A stretch of DNA of 24,000 nucleotides from Pyrinomonadaceae bacterium (GTDB lineage: Bacteria > Acidobacteriota > Blastocatellia > Pyrinomonadales > Pyrinomonadaceae). Shown piece after piece: positions 15,551-23,579 of this stretch; within the stretch, counting starts at the first letter, position 1, and each line of letters begins with the position of its first letter. The notes under the pieces are model-generated. The model was not told the origin of the DNA, did not search any database, and saw only the letters and a list, made by a program, of their open reading frames with translations. Location: assembly GCA_963700165.1 (NCBI GenBank), contig OY969475.1, positions 2,489,969 through 2,513,968 on the forward strand, in the 5' to 3' direction. Both the position numbers and the translations under genes were made by a program.

Positions 15551-17569
15551 GTGCGCAGAAGTGTGCGCTCTGCCTTCATTAAGGAGATTGTATCTTTGTT
15601 TAGCGATCAATTTCGCCGAGGCGAATCAAACAAGGGAAGATTCAGCGGGGTCAAAAGCTCCAAGCTGATCTCGAACCTTTCGGATGTGGCGTGGAAGGCG
15701 TTTCAGTCCATCAACCAGCGTCTGCCGGAAGGCGAGGCGATTCGACCGAAGTGGGCAGCAGAGCCACTTCTGAAATCTTATGAGCGCACTGCGCCGCCAT
15801 TGGGCTTCCCGCGCGAGACGGACTCTTTGTGCCCGCGCTGCGTCACGGAAGTCAGGAACGCAGTCATCACCGGCGAGACGACGCTTGAGACCTTGATGCA
15901 CCAGCATCCGGGCGAAATCAAGGCGCAGATTCTGGAAGAGAACGGACAGGTCATCATGCGCAAGACCTGCCCGAAGCATGGCGAGTTTACGGACGTGATG
16001 GCGACCGACCCGAAATTTTTGGAGCGCATCGAATCTCTCTTTTATGGACGCGACTTTCGCTCTGCCGAAGACTCGCACGTTCACAAGCACGGCACATCAA
16101 ACATCAAGTTCGGACGCGGCGCGGTGTTGACGGTTGACCTGACGAATCGCTGCAACATGATGTGCAACCCGTGCTTCATGGATGCCAATCAGGTCGGCTA
16201 TGTGCACGAGCCTACGTTTGAAGACACGAAGGCGATTTTAGACAACGCCGTCTCCTTCAAACCAAAGCGACAGATCATCATTCTCTTTTCCGGCGGCGAG
16301 CCGACGCTCTCGCCTTACTTTCTTGACGCGGTCGCTTATGCCAAAAAAGTCGGATTTTACAGAATCCTAGCGGCCACCAACGGCATCCGCTATGCCGAAG
16401 ACATAGAGTTCTGCAAAGCCGCTAAAGCTGCCGGGCAGCATGGCGTCTACCTGCAATTCGATGGCGTCTCTGAAGAGAAGAACAAGCATCGCGGCGTCGG
16501 CAACCTGTTTGATGTCAAGCTGCGCGCGATTGAAAATTTGGCGAGCGTCGGCATCAAGGTCACGCTCGTGACGACCATCGTCAACACGATTAACAATGAT
16601 GCTATCGGGCAGATCGTCGAGTTCGCGGCGCAGAACATAGACAAAGTTCAGACCATTGCGTTCCAGCCGGTCTCGTTCACGGGTCGCGATGAAGACGTGC
16701 CTGACGACATTCGCATGCAGCAGCGTTACACGCTCGCGGGCATGACGCATGACCTCAAAGACCAGCTCGACGGCAAATTGCAGCCACTGCGCGATTGGTT
16801 TCCGCTCTCTTCTTACTCTGCGTTTACGAGCGTGATGGACATGTTGCAGGGCGCGGACGCGCCGTGGGGCTGGTCTAGTTGTAACTGCCATCCGAACTGC
16901 GGCATCTTTACGTTGATCGTCGTCAACCGCCAGACGGGCGAGATGAATTCGCTCTTCGATTTTTTCAACTACGAGCAGTTCATGAAAGACGTGGCGGTGA
17001 TTACGGACACGGCGCGCGGCAAAAAACTTTCTTACGCGCAGCTTGGCATGGCTATCATGCGCAACTATGACGCGGCGCGTGCGCCCGAAGGCTTTCCCAT
17101 CTCGCAGATCGTCAATCTCTTCAAGCCGTCTTCGACCAACTCAAGCTCTGATCGCAACGACCGCATGAAGGCGCAAGGGACAACTGCCGACTCGAACGAC
17201 ATGTGGCGCGTGCTCTGCGTCGAGGGCATGTGGTTTCAGGATTTGTTCAATTACGATTTCCGCCGCACAGAGATGTGCGTGATTCCCTACGGCACACAGG
17301 AAGGCGAAATCTCTTTCTGCGCTTACAACACAGGAGTCGGCTGGCGACAGATTATCGAGAACATGCACAAGACCGCCAGCCTCTCCGAATGGTATGAAGA
17401 GCATGGACGCCATGCTGTCTATGCCAAAGGCAAAGCCGTGCCCGGCATCTCCAAAAAGCATTCGCTCTCGCTGCCCATCGTCCATCAGATTCTGGCGGAA
17501 GATAGAGGCGAGGACACAAGGCCGGTGACGCCTTATCTGATTGAAGAAGACGAGAAGATCACTGTCTGA
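15551..17569 (+). CDS. Large radical SAM enzyme, COG1964-type (Tes / GDGT-MAS tetraether-synthase-like)
   Basis: N-terminal Cys pairs CPRC...(~40 aa)...CPKHGEF. Canonical CX3CX2C motif CNMMCNPC (16151-16174). GGEPTL. Further Cys motifs SSCNCHPNCG and MCVIPYG...ISFCAYN. 672 aa. The start is uncertain: GTG at 15551, or in-frame TTG at 15596 with an AGGAG 9 nt upstream. Confidence 0.7.
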   Translation: MRRSVRSAFIKEIVSLFSDQFRRGESNKGRFSGVKSSKLISNLSDVAWKAFQSINQRLPEGEAIRPKWAAEPLLKSYERTAPPLGFPRETDSLCPRCVTEVRNAVITGETTLETLMHQHPGEIKAQILEENGQVIMRKTCPKHGEFTDVMATDPKFLERIESLFYGRDFRSAEDSHVHKHGTSNIKFGRGAVLTVDLTNRCNMMCNPCFMDANQVGYVHEPTFEDTKAILDNAVSFKPKRQIIILFSGGEPTLSPYFLDAVAYAKKVGFYRILAATNGIRYAEDIEFCKAAKAAGQHGVYLQFDGVSEEKNKHRGVGNLFDVKLRAIENLASVGIKVTLVTTIVNTINNDAIGQIVEFAAQNIDKVQTIAFQPVSFTGRDEDVPDDIRMQQRYTLAGMTHDLKDQLDGKLQPLRDWFPLSSYSAFTSVMDMLQGADAPWGWSSCNCHPNCGIFTLIVVNRQTGEMNSLFDFFNYEQFMKDVAVITDTARGKKLSYAQLGMAIMRNYDAARAPEGFPISQIVNLFKPSSTNSSSDRNDRMKAQGTTADSNDMWRVLCVEGMWFQDLFNYDFRRTEMCVIPYGTQEGEISFCAYNTGVGWRQIIENMHKTASLSEWYEEHGRHAVYAKGKAVPGISKKHSLSLPIVHQILAEDRGEDTRPVTPYLIEEDEKITV

Positions 17570-17585
17570 TTAGAACATTCCTGTT

Positions 17586-17678
17586 CTTTGCGTCTTGAGT
17601 CTTTCTTTGTTTGCGCCACCAGCGTGCAACGTTGCTGGTTCTCGCTGGTGGCGCAAAGATAAGAGATAAGACGCAAAG
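17586..17678. repeat. CTTTGCG-type palindromic element; probable terminator of the radical SAM gene
   Basis: Arms ctttgcgtctt...gcgccaccagcg (17586-17624) and cgctggtggcgc...aagacgcaaag (17643-17678), with a 12-bp perfect inner stem GCGCCACCAGCG/CGCTGGTGGCGC. Starts 17 nt after the stop codon and is followed by ggttttg. Confidence 0.55.
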
Positions 17679-17885
17679 GGTTTTGAATGAATCAGCAGTT
17701 GAGTTTTTAAAAATTTCTAAGCTGGTAAATATCCGCGCTGATTTGTTTTATGCAGTAAAGTTCCTTCTCTGGCCCTGACTGCACGTTATCACAGCCTGCA
17801 AATTAACCCGACACGCACTCAAAAGGCTGCCTACACATTCTGAGGTTTCCTTAGAATATAACCCCATAGAAAGAGTTTTTAGATA

Positions 17886-18758
17886 ATGAGAAAAGCACTA
17901 TCCGTATGTTTTTTAGCCTTATTGGTTTTGAATTTGACATTGCCCCTTTCCGTGACACGGGCGCAGGAGGCGGCAAAGGCTTCGCAACAGGATCAAACAA
18001 TTTCCCCGACCTTGAAAAATGAAGATGTCCTGACAATGCTTAAAACAGGTCTTTCGCCTGAGATCGTGATTGCTAAAATCAAAGCTTCTGCCTGCGAGTT
18101 CAACACGACCCCTGCGGCCTTGCAGGAACTCAAGACAGCCAATGTGCCTGAAGCGGTGATTATGGCTATGGTACAGGCTCCGGTCGGCGTGGCCGGAAAT
18201 TCTGTTGCGAGTTCCAATGACGCAGCAGGCAGCGTTGAAGTGAGAATCCCTGACGGCACGCCTCTGGAAGTCGAACTCATGTCGAACCTCTCTTCGGCGA
18301 CAGCCAAAGAGGGTGACATCATTGACTTCACGGTCGTCTCTCCGGTTGTCGTCAACGGAGTCACGGTGATTGAAAAGGGCGCGCCTGCGAAAGCCCGTGT
18401 GGCGGGCGTCAAGAAAGCAGGCTACTGGGGCAAAGCCGGAAAGATCGGCTGGACGATGCAGGAAGTGCTATTGGTTGACGGCAATCGCACGCCTCTGCGT
18501 ATGGAAAAGAAGTTGACGGGCGACAGCAAGGGCGGCACAGTGGCGACAGCTACGATTGTGACGGCTGTGGTCTTCTGGCCTGCTGCTCCGTTCTGGGGAT
18601 TTAAGAAGGGCAAGAATGCTGTGTTCCCTGCCGGCAAGCGTTTTGAAGCCTTCGTGCATGGCGATGTCAAGGCGAAAGGTACGCCCGTCAGGATGACAGC
18701 CATGCAACCCGTCACCGAGCAGACAAAAGCTCAGACCACGGAAACAGCCAAACCTTAA
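17886..18758 (+). CDS. Hypothetical secreted/membrane-anchored protein
   Basis: Signal-peptide-like N-terminus MRKALSVCFLALLVLNLTLPLSVTRAQEA. Hydrophobic segment TVATATIVTAVVFWPAAPFWGF near the C-terminus. I recognise no family. Confidence 0.6.
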   Translation: MRKALSVCFLALLVLNLTLPLSVTRAQEAAKASQQDQTISPTLKNEDVLTMLKTGLSPEIVIAKIKASACEFNTTPAALQELKTANVPEAVIMAMVQAPVGVAGNSVASSNDAAGSVEVRIPDGTPLEVELMSNLSSATAKEGDIIDFTVVSPVVVNGVTVIEKGAPAKARVAGVKKAGYWGKAGKIGWTMQEVLLVDGNRTPLRMEKKLTGDSKGGTVATATIVTAVVFWPAAPFWGFKKGKNAVFPAGKRFEAFVHGDVKAKGTPVRMTAMQPVTEQTKAQTTETAKP

Positions 18759-18908
18759 GAGCGAGGCTATTGTTTCGCTCTAAGTGCCGAGCGCGTCTCT
18801 GCAAGCTTGAATCCGGCGATGTATTTATCAATAATGCTTGCGATTCAAGTTTGCAGAGAAGCTTTACTAAAGAGAGCTTAGTCTTTTTAAAACATTCCGT
18901 TCGACCAT

Positions 18909-19919
18909 TTGCTCCTGATGAAACTATCACAGAAAATCAGCCGTCTAGCCACGACCGCAAAGCTTTTCGTTTCCGGTCTGCCGAAAAACTCTGTTGGCTC
19001 GATTGATGTCACCAATCGCTGCAACCTGCGCTGCGAGCATTGCTACTTTTTCGCCGAAGATCATAAGGGCGAAAAGGAACTCACGAACGACCAGTGGATT
19101 GAAAAGCTCGAAGCGATGAAGGCTGCGGGACATCCGATGCTGCTCTGCACCTGGGTCGGCGGCGAGCCGATGGTGCGCCGCTCGCTGATCGAAATCGGGC
19201 GCAAATATTTTAAGCACAATACCATCGTCACCAACGGCACGATGGAATTGCCGGACTGGCAGGATTGCACCTATGTCATCTCGATAGACGGCACGGAAGA
19301 AGCCTTTGCGCGGATGCGCGCTCCCGGCCTGTACCAGAAGATTAAGCAGAATGTCATAGACCATCCCGAACTGAGGATTCAAATCTCCTGCGTGCTGACG
19401 AGCATCACCAAAGATTGCGTCGAAGAGCTGGTCAAAGAATGGGGCACGATTGCGCGCAGCGGTGTGATTTTTGATTTCTTTACGCCCGTCACGAATTTGG
19501 ACGAAGCATTGTGGCTCGATTGGGAAACGCGCGACCGCTTGATAGACCAGATACTCGCTTTAAAGAAGAAATATCCGGGCGTTATCAACATGCTGGATTC
19601 GACGCTTGATTTGATGAGATCGAAGAACGCCAAGCGCGTCACGGACAACTGCGAGTTTGCCAAAAAAGCTTTCGCGCTCAACCCGACCGGAAAGCAGAAA
19701 GGCAAATGTATGATGGGCGATAACGCGGACTGTGACCGTTGCGGCTGCGTCGTTCCCTTTCACATGGCAACCCTCAGCAGCCGCCGCTTGATGCTCAAAG
19801 AGACCATCAAAAAACAGTTCGCTCCGAAAAGACCTGCCTCCATGTCTCCGCAAAAACCCGTCCAGATTGCCGCGCGAACTTCATGGCAAAGCTCCGCCAG
19901 ACCGGACGACGCATTTTAA
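18909..19919 (+). CDS. Radical SAM protein with a C-terminal Cys-rich (SPASM/twitch-like) motif
   Basis: IDVTNRCNLRCEHCYF (CX3CX2C, 19020-19043), WVGGEPM, C-terminal CMMGDNADCDRCGC. TTG at 18909 per the ORF track; the first ATG is at 18918. Confidence 0.75.
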   Translation: MLLMKLSQKISRLATTAKLFVSGLPKNSVGSIDVTNRCNLRCEHCYFFAEDHKGEKELTNDQWIEKLEAMKAAGHPMLLCTWVGGEPMVRRSLIEIGRKYFKHNTIVTNGTMELPDWQDCTYVISIDGTEEAFARMRAPGLYQKIKQNVIDHPELRIQISCVLTSITKDCVEELVKEWGTIARSGVIFDFFTPVTNLDEALWLDWETRDRLIDQILALKKKYPGVINMLDSTLDLMRSKNAKRVTDNCEFAKKAFALNPTGKQKGKCMMGDNADCDRCGCVVPFHMATLSSRRLMLKETIKKQFAPKRPASMSPQKPVQIAARTSWQSSARPDDAF

Positions 19920-19921
19920 GA

Positions 19922-20009
19922 AATTAAAAATTAAAAATGTAAAGTGCAAAATTGAAGACAGCATCTCTCGCCTCTTCAATTTTGCACTTTACATTTTTAA
20001 TTTTTAATT
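19922..20009. repeat. A/T-rich perfect 36-bp inverted repeat (hairpin) between convergent genes
   Basis: The left arm 19922-19957 is the exact reverse complement of the right arm 19974-20009, with a 16-nt loop. It starts 3 nt after the radical SAM stop codon and contains the stop codon of the minus-strand HisKA ORF. Confidence 0.85.
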
Positions 20010-20332
20010 GTTCCGTCTGCTTCCTGTTCGTCATCGTAGCCTTGTGCGGGAATCGGGCGCTGCACGTTGCGGAGGCGGGCGACGGTGTCTCTGATGCGGG
20101 CGGCAAGCTGCTCTATGGTTTCGACGCGCCGACGCGCCGAATCGCTCAGTTCATCGCGCAGCAGTAGTTGCGCCTGACCGATCACGCCCGTCAGAGGGTT
20201 GTTGATTTCGTGGCGGACATGCGCTACCAAATCCGCAATTTCCGTGAGCTTTGCTTCATGCTCGGCGATTAATTTGCGCAAGTCTTCTTCCGTTGTTCTA
20301 TCATTCCGGGCGAGCGGGTTGTCTGTGCTCAT
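19997..20332 (-). CDS. Stand-alone HisKA (dimerisation/phospho-acceptor) domain protein; truncated or orphan histidine-kinase fragment
   Basis: H-box VAHVRHEINNPLTGVIGQAQLLL. No N/G1/F/G2 ATPase boxes before the stop. The start is uncertain: ATGs at 20332, 20380 and 20566. The track's TTG start at 20605 overlaps the tRNA and is rejected. Confidence 0.45.
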   Translation of the reverse strand: MSTDNPLARNDRTTEEDLRKLIAEHEAKLTEIADLVAHVRHEINNPLTGVIGQAQLLLRDELSDSARRRVETIEQLAARIRDTVARLRNVQRPIPAQGYDDEQEADGTIKN

Positions 20333-20510
20333 CTTGGCTTTTGAAGATTCCTTTGTCGTAAATGATACCGGCGGAGACATATGAACGACGAAAGGCGCAT
20401 CTGGTCGGCCTCTCACCTTTGGGGCAGAGCAGCTTGAAAGCTCTGGCTTGTATTGTGCGTCGGATACGTCGTCTTGGGCAAGCTTAATTTTCACGTCTCG
20501 CGCACGGCGG

Positions 20511-20540
20511 TTGACAATTAGGTGTGCGGGCACGTAAATT
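20511..20540 (+). promoter_or_regulatory. Sigma70-like promoter candidate for tRNA-Gln
   Basis: TTGACA (20511-20516), then a 17-18 nt spacer, then GTAAAT/TAAATT (20534-20540). Lies ~50 nt upstream of the tRNA 5' end. Confidence 0.35.
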
Positions 20541-20590
20541 TTTAAGCCTGTCGTCCGAGAGGCCATCCCACTCTGGATCAGAAAATTTAA

Positions 20591-20661
20591 TGCCGGGTCG
20601 TCCAATGGTAGGACACATGACTCTGGATCATGTTATCGGGGTTCGAGTCCCTGCCCGGCAG
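20591..20661 (+). tRNA. tRNA-Gln (anticodon CUG); CCA not encoded
   Basis: Manual cloverleaf: acceptor TGCCGGG/CCCGGCA (U1-A72) with G73 discriminator; D arm GTCC-AATGGTA-GGAC; anticodon arm CATGA-CTCTGGA-TCATG; variable loop TTAT; T arm CGGGG-TTCGAGT-CCCTG. Confidence 0.85.
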
Positions 20662-20715
20662 ATACCTTTCTTCTGAACCGATCTACGCCCTCATAACCAA
20701 CCTGTACTAACAAGG

Positions 20716-21135
20716 GTGATGAAGAAGCGATGTGCAAGATGCGGCAAGAATCGAGACGAGAAATTCTTTAATCGTCGAAGAGCCTCCGGCCTACAACCAT
20801 ATTGCCGGGACTGCCGGAGAACTAGAGCCAGAGCGCACTACGCAGCTAACCGAGAATATTATCTTGAAAAGGCTGGCCGCCATCGTTGCAAGCTAAAGAC
20901 TATAATTCACGAGGCTAAATCTTTCCCTTGTGCTGATTGCGGTGGTAATTACCCCTATTACGTAATGGATTTTGATCACAGAGCGGGCAAAGAATTCAAT
21001 CTGGGAGGCGCGCATACACGGAAAAGCATTCAGGCGGTTTTGAACGAGATCGAAAAATGTGATGTTGTCTGTTCTAATTGCCACCGCGAGCGATCTTTCC
21101 AAAGATTGAACAAGTCTAAGCTGATAGTGAAATAA
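20716..21135 (+). CDS. HNH (His-Me finger) endonuclease-family protein with an N-terminal Cys4 zinc ribbon
   Basis: CARCG...YCRDC, then C.DCGG..PYYVMDFDHR...EIEKCDVVCSNCHR, the pattern of small free-standing HNH nucleases. GTG at 20716 is followed immediately by ATG at 20719. Confidence 0.7.
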   Translation: MMKKRCARCGKNRDEKFFNRRRASGLQPYCRDCRRTRARAHYAANREYYLEKAGRHRCKLKTIIHEAKSFPCADCGGNYPYYVMDFDHRAGKEFNLGGAHTRKSIQAVLNEIEKCDVVCSNCHRERSFQRLNKSKLIVK

Positions 21136-21138
21136 AAA

Positions 21139-21167
21139 GTGGAGTTCAACTCCCTGTCCCGGAGCCA
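21139..21167 (+). other. tRNA 3'-half-like fragment (T-arm + acceptor + CCA); possible att-site remnant
   Basis: gtggagttcaactccctgtcccggagcca resembles the 3' end of the tRNA-Gln 480 bp upstream (cggggttcgagtccctgcccggcag). No matching 5' acceptor strand or anticodon arm is found upstream. Confidence 0.45.
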
Positions 21168-21187
21168 AATTAAGTTTTACACTCAAT

Positions 21188-21219
21188 GGGTTCTGAAACA
21201 ATGAAAAGTTTCGGAACCC
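21188..21219. terminator. Hairpin between the convergent HNH and PNPOx-like genes (bidirectional terminator candidate)
   Basis: 12-bp stem gggttctgaaac / gtttcggaaccc (one G-U pair) with an 8-nt loop. Confidence 0.4.
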
Positions 21220-21270
21220 ATATGTGTTATAGCTTCTCTCCTCAAGAGAGCTGCTGTGGCGCAGGCTCGC

Positions 21271-21705
21271 TTAGATTGTCTTGCGCCCGTAGATGGCGTC
21301 GGGTCGCACGCGGTAAATCGCGATGTTGTTGAGACGCTTCCACGCGCCGATCTCAGTCTGGTTGAGCGCGGGAGTCAGAGCCGGATTGCTCTTGGTGATG
21401 ATCTGCATGGCGTGCTCTGTGTCTTCCGGTCTGGTAATCCTTTCAGCCTTGCCGACGACCATCACGCTTTGCCAGTGCGACGGGTCAGACACCTCTTCGA
21501 CCTGAAAACAGATTTCATGATTAGCGGCGATAAATTCCGTCTTGGTGCCTTCGGTCGTAAAGAAATAGAGGTCAGACAAATCGTATGCGTAGTGCATCGG
21601 CACCACGTACGGATGCCCGTCGCGCGCACATCCCAAGTGCCCGTAGCCGATGCGCTGCAAGAGCGACTGCATCTCTGATTCGGACATGTTCTCAACTTTT
21701 AACAT
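21271..21705 (-). CDS. Pyridoxamine 5'-phosphate oxidase-family (FMN-binding split-barrel, Pyridox_ox_2/NimA-like) protein
   Basis: LLQRIGYGHLGCARDGHPYVVPMHYAYD...LYFFT.EGTK...I....ICFQVEE......W.SV.V.G.AE.I matches that family pattern. Confidence 0.65.
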   Translation of the reverse strand: MLKVENMSESEMQSLLQRIGYGHLGCARDGHPYVVPMHYAYDLSDLYFFTTEGTKTEFIAANHEICFQVEEVSDPSHWQSVMVVGKAERITRPEDTEHAMQIITKSNPALTPALNQTEIGAWKRLNNIAIYRVRPDAIYGRKTI

Positions 21706-21749
21706 TGCGGTTTCTCCCTGTGTTCATCAAAACCAACACCGGCCAAGAG

Positions 21750-22355
21750 CTATTTCACATTGCCGTAGAAAGAATAATCAGCCTGCGGCCCGTTGACTTG
21801 CAGCACCCAGTGATTGAAATCCGAAGCATCGTCACAGTTGTTGCCGCGACCTTGCAGCACGAGACGAAAAGTGCCGCCCTGTGCGAGGCCGCGCTGGAAA
21901 ATTCCAGTCCCTTTGACTTCGCCCGCCAACCGCCACTCTTTATAGAGCATCGCGCTGGCGGCAGACCTTTTTTTCTCACGCATGTCAACTTTGTAAACAT
22001 TGAGCTTGTCGGAGAGCATGAGATTCAGTTTCCCTGTTTGCCCTTGACGATTCTTAAAGGTCAGCTCCCATTGTTTGCCTTTGGGCAACAGCGAAATCGT
22101 GTAGACCCACGGGTAAGACATGTCAGCCACGATGCCTTTGCCATTCACTTCTTCTCCGGCTTCGGTCATAAAAAGCTCAGCGCGCGGGGCCAGTTTTATA
22201 TTTTCCAAAACACTCGTCTGGTACTCTTCTAACTTGCGCGTGTCGTCGTACCAGGTGCCCTCTTCGGCGCAACAGGCGCAGGCCGTCACGCCTTCCGGCG
22301 CTAACATCGTACCGGCCAGTAACAGCAGCACGATAAAAATCGGTGCGAATCTCAT
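21750..22355 (-). CDS. Hypothetical secreted protein
   Basis: Start re-assigned to the ATG at 22353-22355 (MRFAPIFIVLLLLAGTMLA signal peptide; GGGGGAAAAG purine-rich stretch just upstream). The longer track ORF to 22451 would overlap the divergent GT28 gene start. I recognise no family; note the CACCAEEG motif after the signal peptide. Confidence 0.55.
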   Translation of the reverse strand: MRFAPIFIVLLLLAGTMLAPEGVTACACCAEEGTWYDDTRKLEEYQTSVLENIKLAPRAELFMTEAGEEVNGKGIVADMSYPWVYTISLLPKGKQWELTFKNRQGQTGKLNLMLSDKLNVYKVDMREKKRSAASAMLYKEWRLAGEVKGTGIFQRGLAQGGTFRLVLQGRGNNCDDASDFNHWVLQVNGPQADYSFYGNVK

Positions 22356-22443
22356 TTTCTTTTCCCCCGTCCAGGACTTCGGATTGATATAGAATAGCAG
22401 ACAAGTTCTTTTTAACTTCAGCCGGTTCTCTTTTTCCAAACAC

Positions 22444-23574
22444 ATGTTCAAAAAAGTCTTGATTCTTTCAGCCTCCGCCGGAGCCGGGCACGTCCGCGCA
22501 GCCGAAGCCGTCGAGCGCGCCTTCGCGCAAATGCACGCCGCGCAAGAGGTGCGTCATATAGATGTCTTACAGTATACCAACAAGCTCTTTCGCCATCTCT
22601 ACTCCAAAGCTTATTTGGAGATGGTCAACAAGATGCCGGAAGTTTTGGGCTGGCTCTACGACCAGCTTGACAAGCCGTGGCAGAACGAGCGCAGACGCCT
22701 CGCGCTCGACAAGCTTAACACGCGCCCGCTCGTCAAGTTTCTGGGAAACTACCAGCCGGACATTATCGTCTGCACGCACTTTCTTCCGGCGGAAATCATC
22801 TCATGGCTCAAGGCGAAGGAGCGCATCGCCTCAAGGCAAGCCATCGTCGTGACGGATTTCGACGTGCATGCGCTCTGGCTCTGTCATCACTACGAGCGAT
22901 ATTTTGTCGCGCTCGATGAAACCAGAGTCCACATGGAAAAGCTAGGCATCCCCAACGCCAAGCTGACCGTCACGGGCATTCCCATAGACCCGCTCTTCGC
23001 GTTGCAGAAAGACAAACGCGAGATGCGCGTCAAGCATGGTTTGCAAACGGACGTGATGACCATTCTGGTTTCTGCCGGGGGCTTCGGCGTCGGGCCGGTC
23101 GAGCATATTTTGGAATCGCTCTCAGGCATGCGCCACCCCGCGCAGGTCGTAGCCCTCTGCGGGCGCAATCAGGAACTCAAAAGCCGCCTTGACAAGCTGG
23201 CGGCAAGATTATCACACGCAGGCAACATCAATATTAAAACCGTCGGCTACACGACCGAGATGGACGAGCTGATGTCTGCTTCAGATATTCTTTTAGGAAA
23301 ACCCGGCGGGCTGACCACCTCAGAAGCTCTCGCTAAAGAACTGGTCTTCGTCATCGTCAACCCCATCCCCGGACAGGAAGAACGCAACTCGGATCACCTG
23401 CTCGAAGAAGGCGTCGCCATCCGCTGCAACAACCTTCCGGCGCTGGCCTACAAGATAGACCGCCTCTTGGACGACCCCGCGCGCTTCGCACACATGCAAG
23501 CCCAAGCCCGCCGCCTCGCACGCCCCCACGCCGCGCACACGATTGTAGAGAGCCTTTTGAGCATCAATGAATAA
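22444..23574 (+). CDS. GT28-family glycosyltransferase, MGDG-synthase/UgtP-like (diacylglycerol glycosyltransferase)
   Basis: N-terminus VLILSASAGAGHVRAAEAV... plus PDIIVCTHFLP, VVTDFDVHALW, YFVA..E, GIPI.P.F are collinear with B. subtilis UgtP / the MGDG_synth domain from memory. The C-terminal half is GT-B (GKPGGLTTSEA). Confidence 0.75.
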   Translation: MFKKVLILSASAGAGHVRAAEAVERAFAQMHAAQEVRHIDVLQYTNKLFRHLYSKAYLEMVNKMPEVLGWLYDQLDKPWQNERRRLALDKLNTRPLVKFLGNYQPDIIVCTHFLPAEIISWLKAKERIASRQAIVVTDFDVHALWLCHHYERYFVALDETRVHMEKLGIPNAKLTVTGIPIDPLFALQKDKREMRVKHGLQTDVMTILVSAGGFGVGPVEHILESLSGMRHPAQVVALCGRNQELKSRLDKLAARLSHAGNINIKTVGYTTEMDELMSASDILLGKPGGLTTSEALAKELVFVIVNPIPGQEERNSDHLLEEGVAIRCNNLPALAYKIDRLLDDPARFAHMQAQARRLARPHAAHTIVESLLSINE

Positions 23575-23579
23575 ACCAA

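Noticed and set aside
20381-20605. N-terminal extension of the 202-aa HisKA ORF
   Set aside because: The track's start codon is a TTG inside the tRNA-Gln gene (20603-20605), and the extension runs across the tRNA promoter candidate. Its peptide has no recognisable features. The gene, if real, most likely starts at a downstream ATG.
21090-21170. A complete second tRNA gene ending at 21167
   Set aside because: Only the T-arm/acceptor-3'/CCA-like part is present. The complementary 5' acceptor strand (TCCGGGA) and an anticodon arm are absent from the ~90 nt upstream, which are HNH coding sequence. The T-stem also pairs poorly.
22356-22451. N-terminal extension of ORF 21750-22451
   Set aside because: It would overlap the start of the divergent GT28 gene and place 32 residues ahead of an obvious signal peptide. 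The internal ATG at 22355 has a purine-rich ribosome-binding-like stretch.
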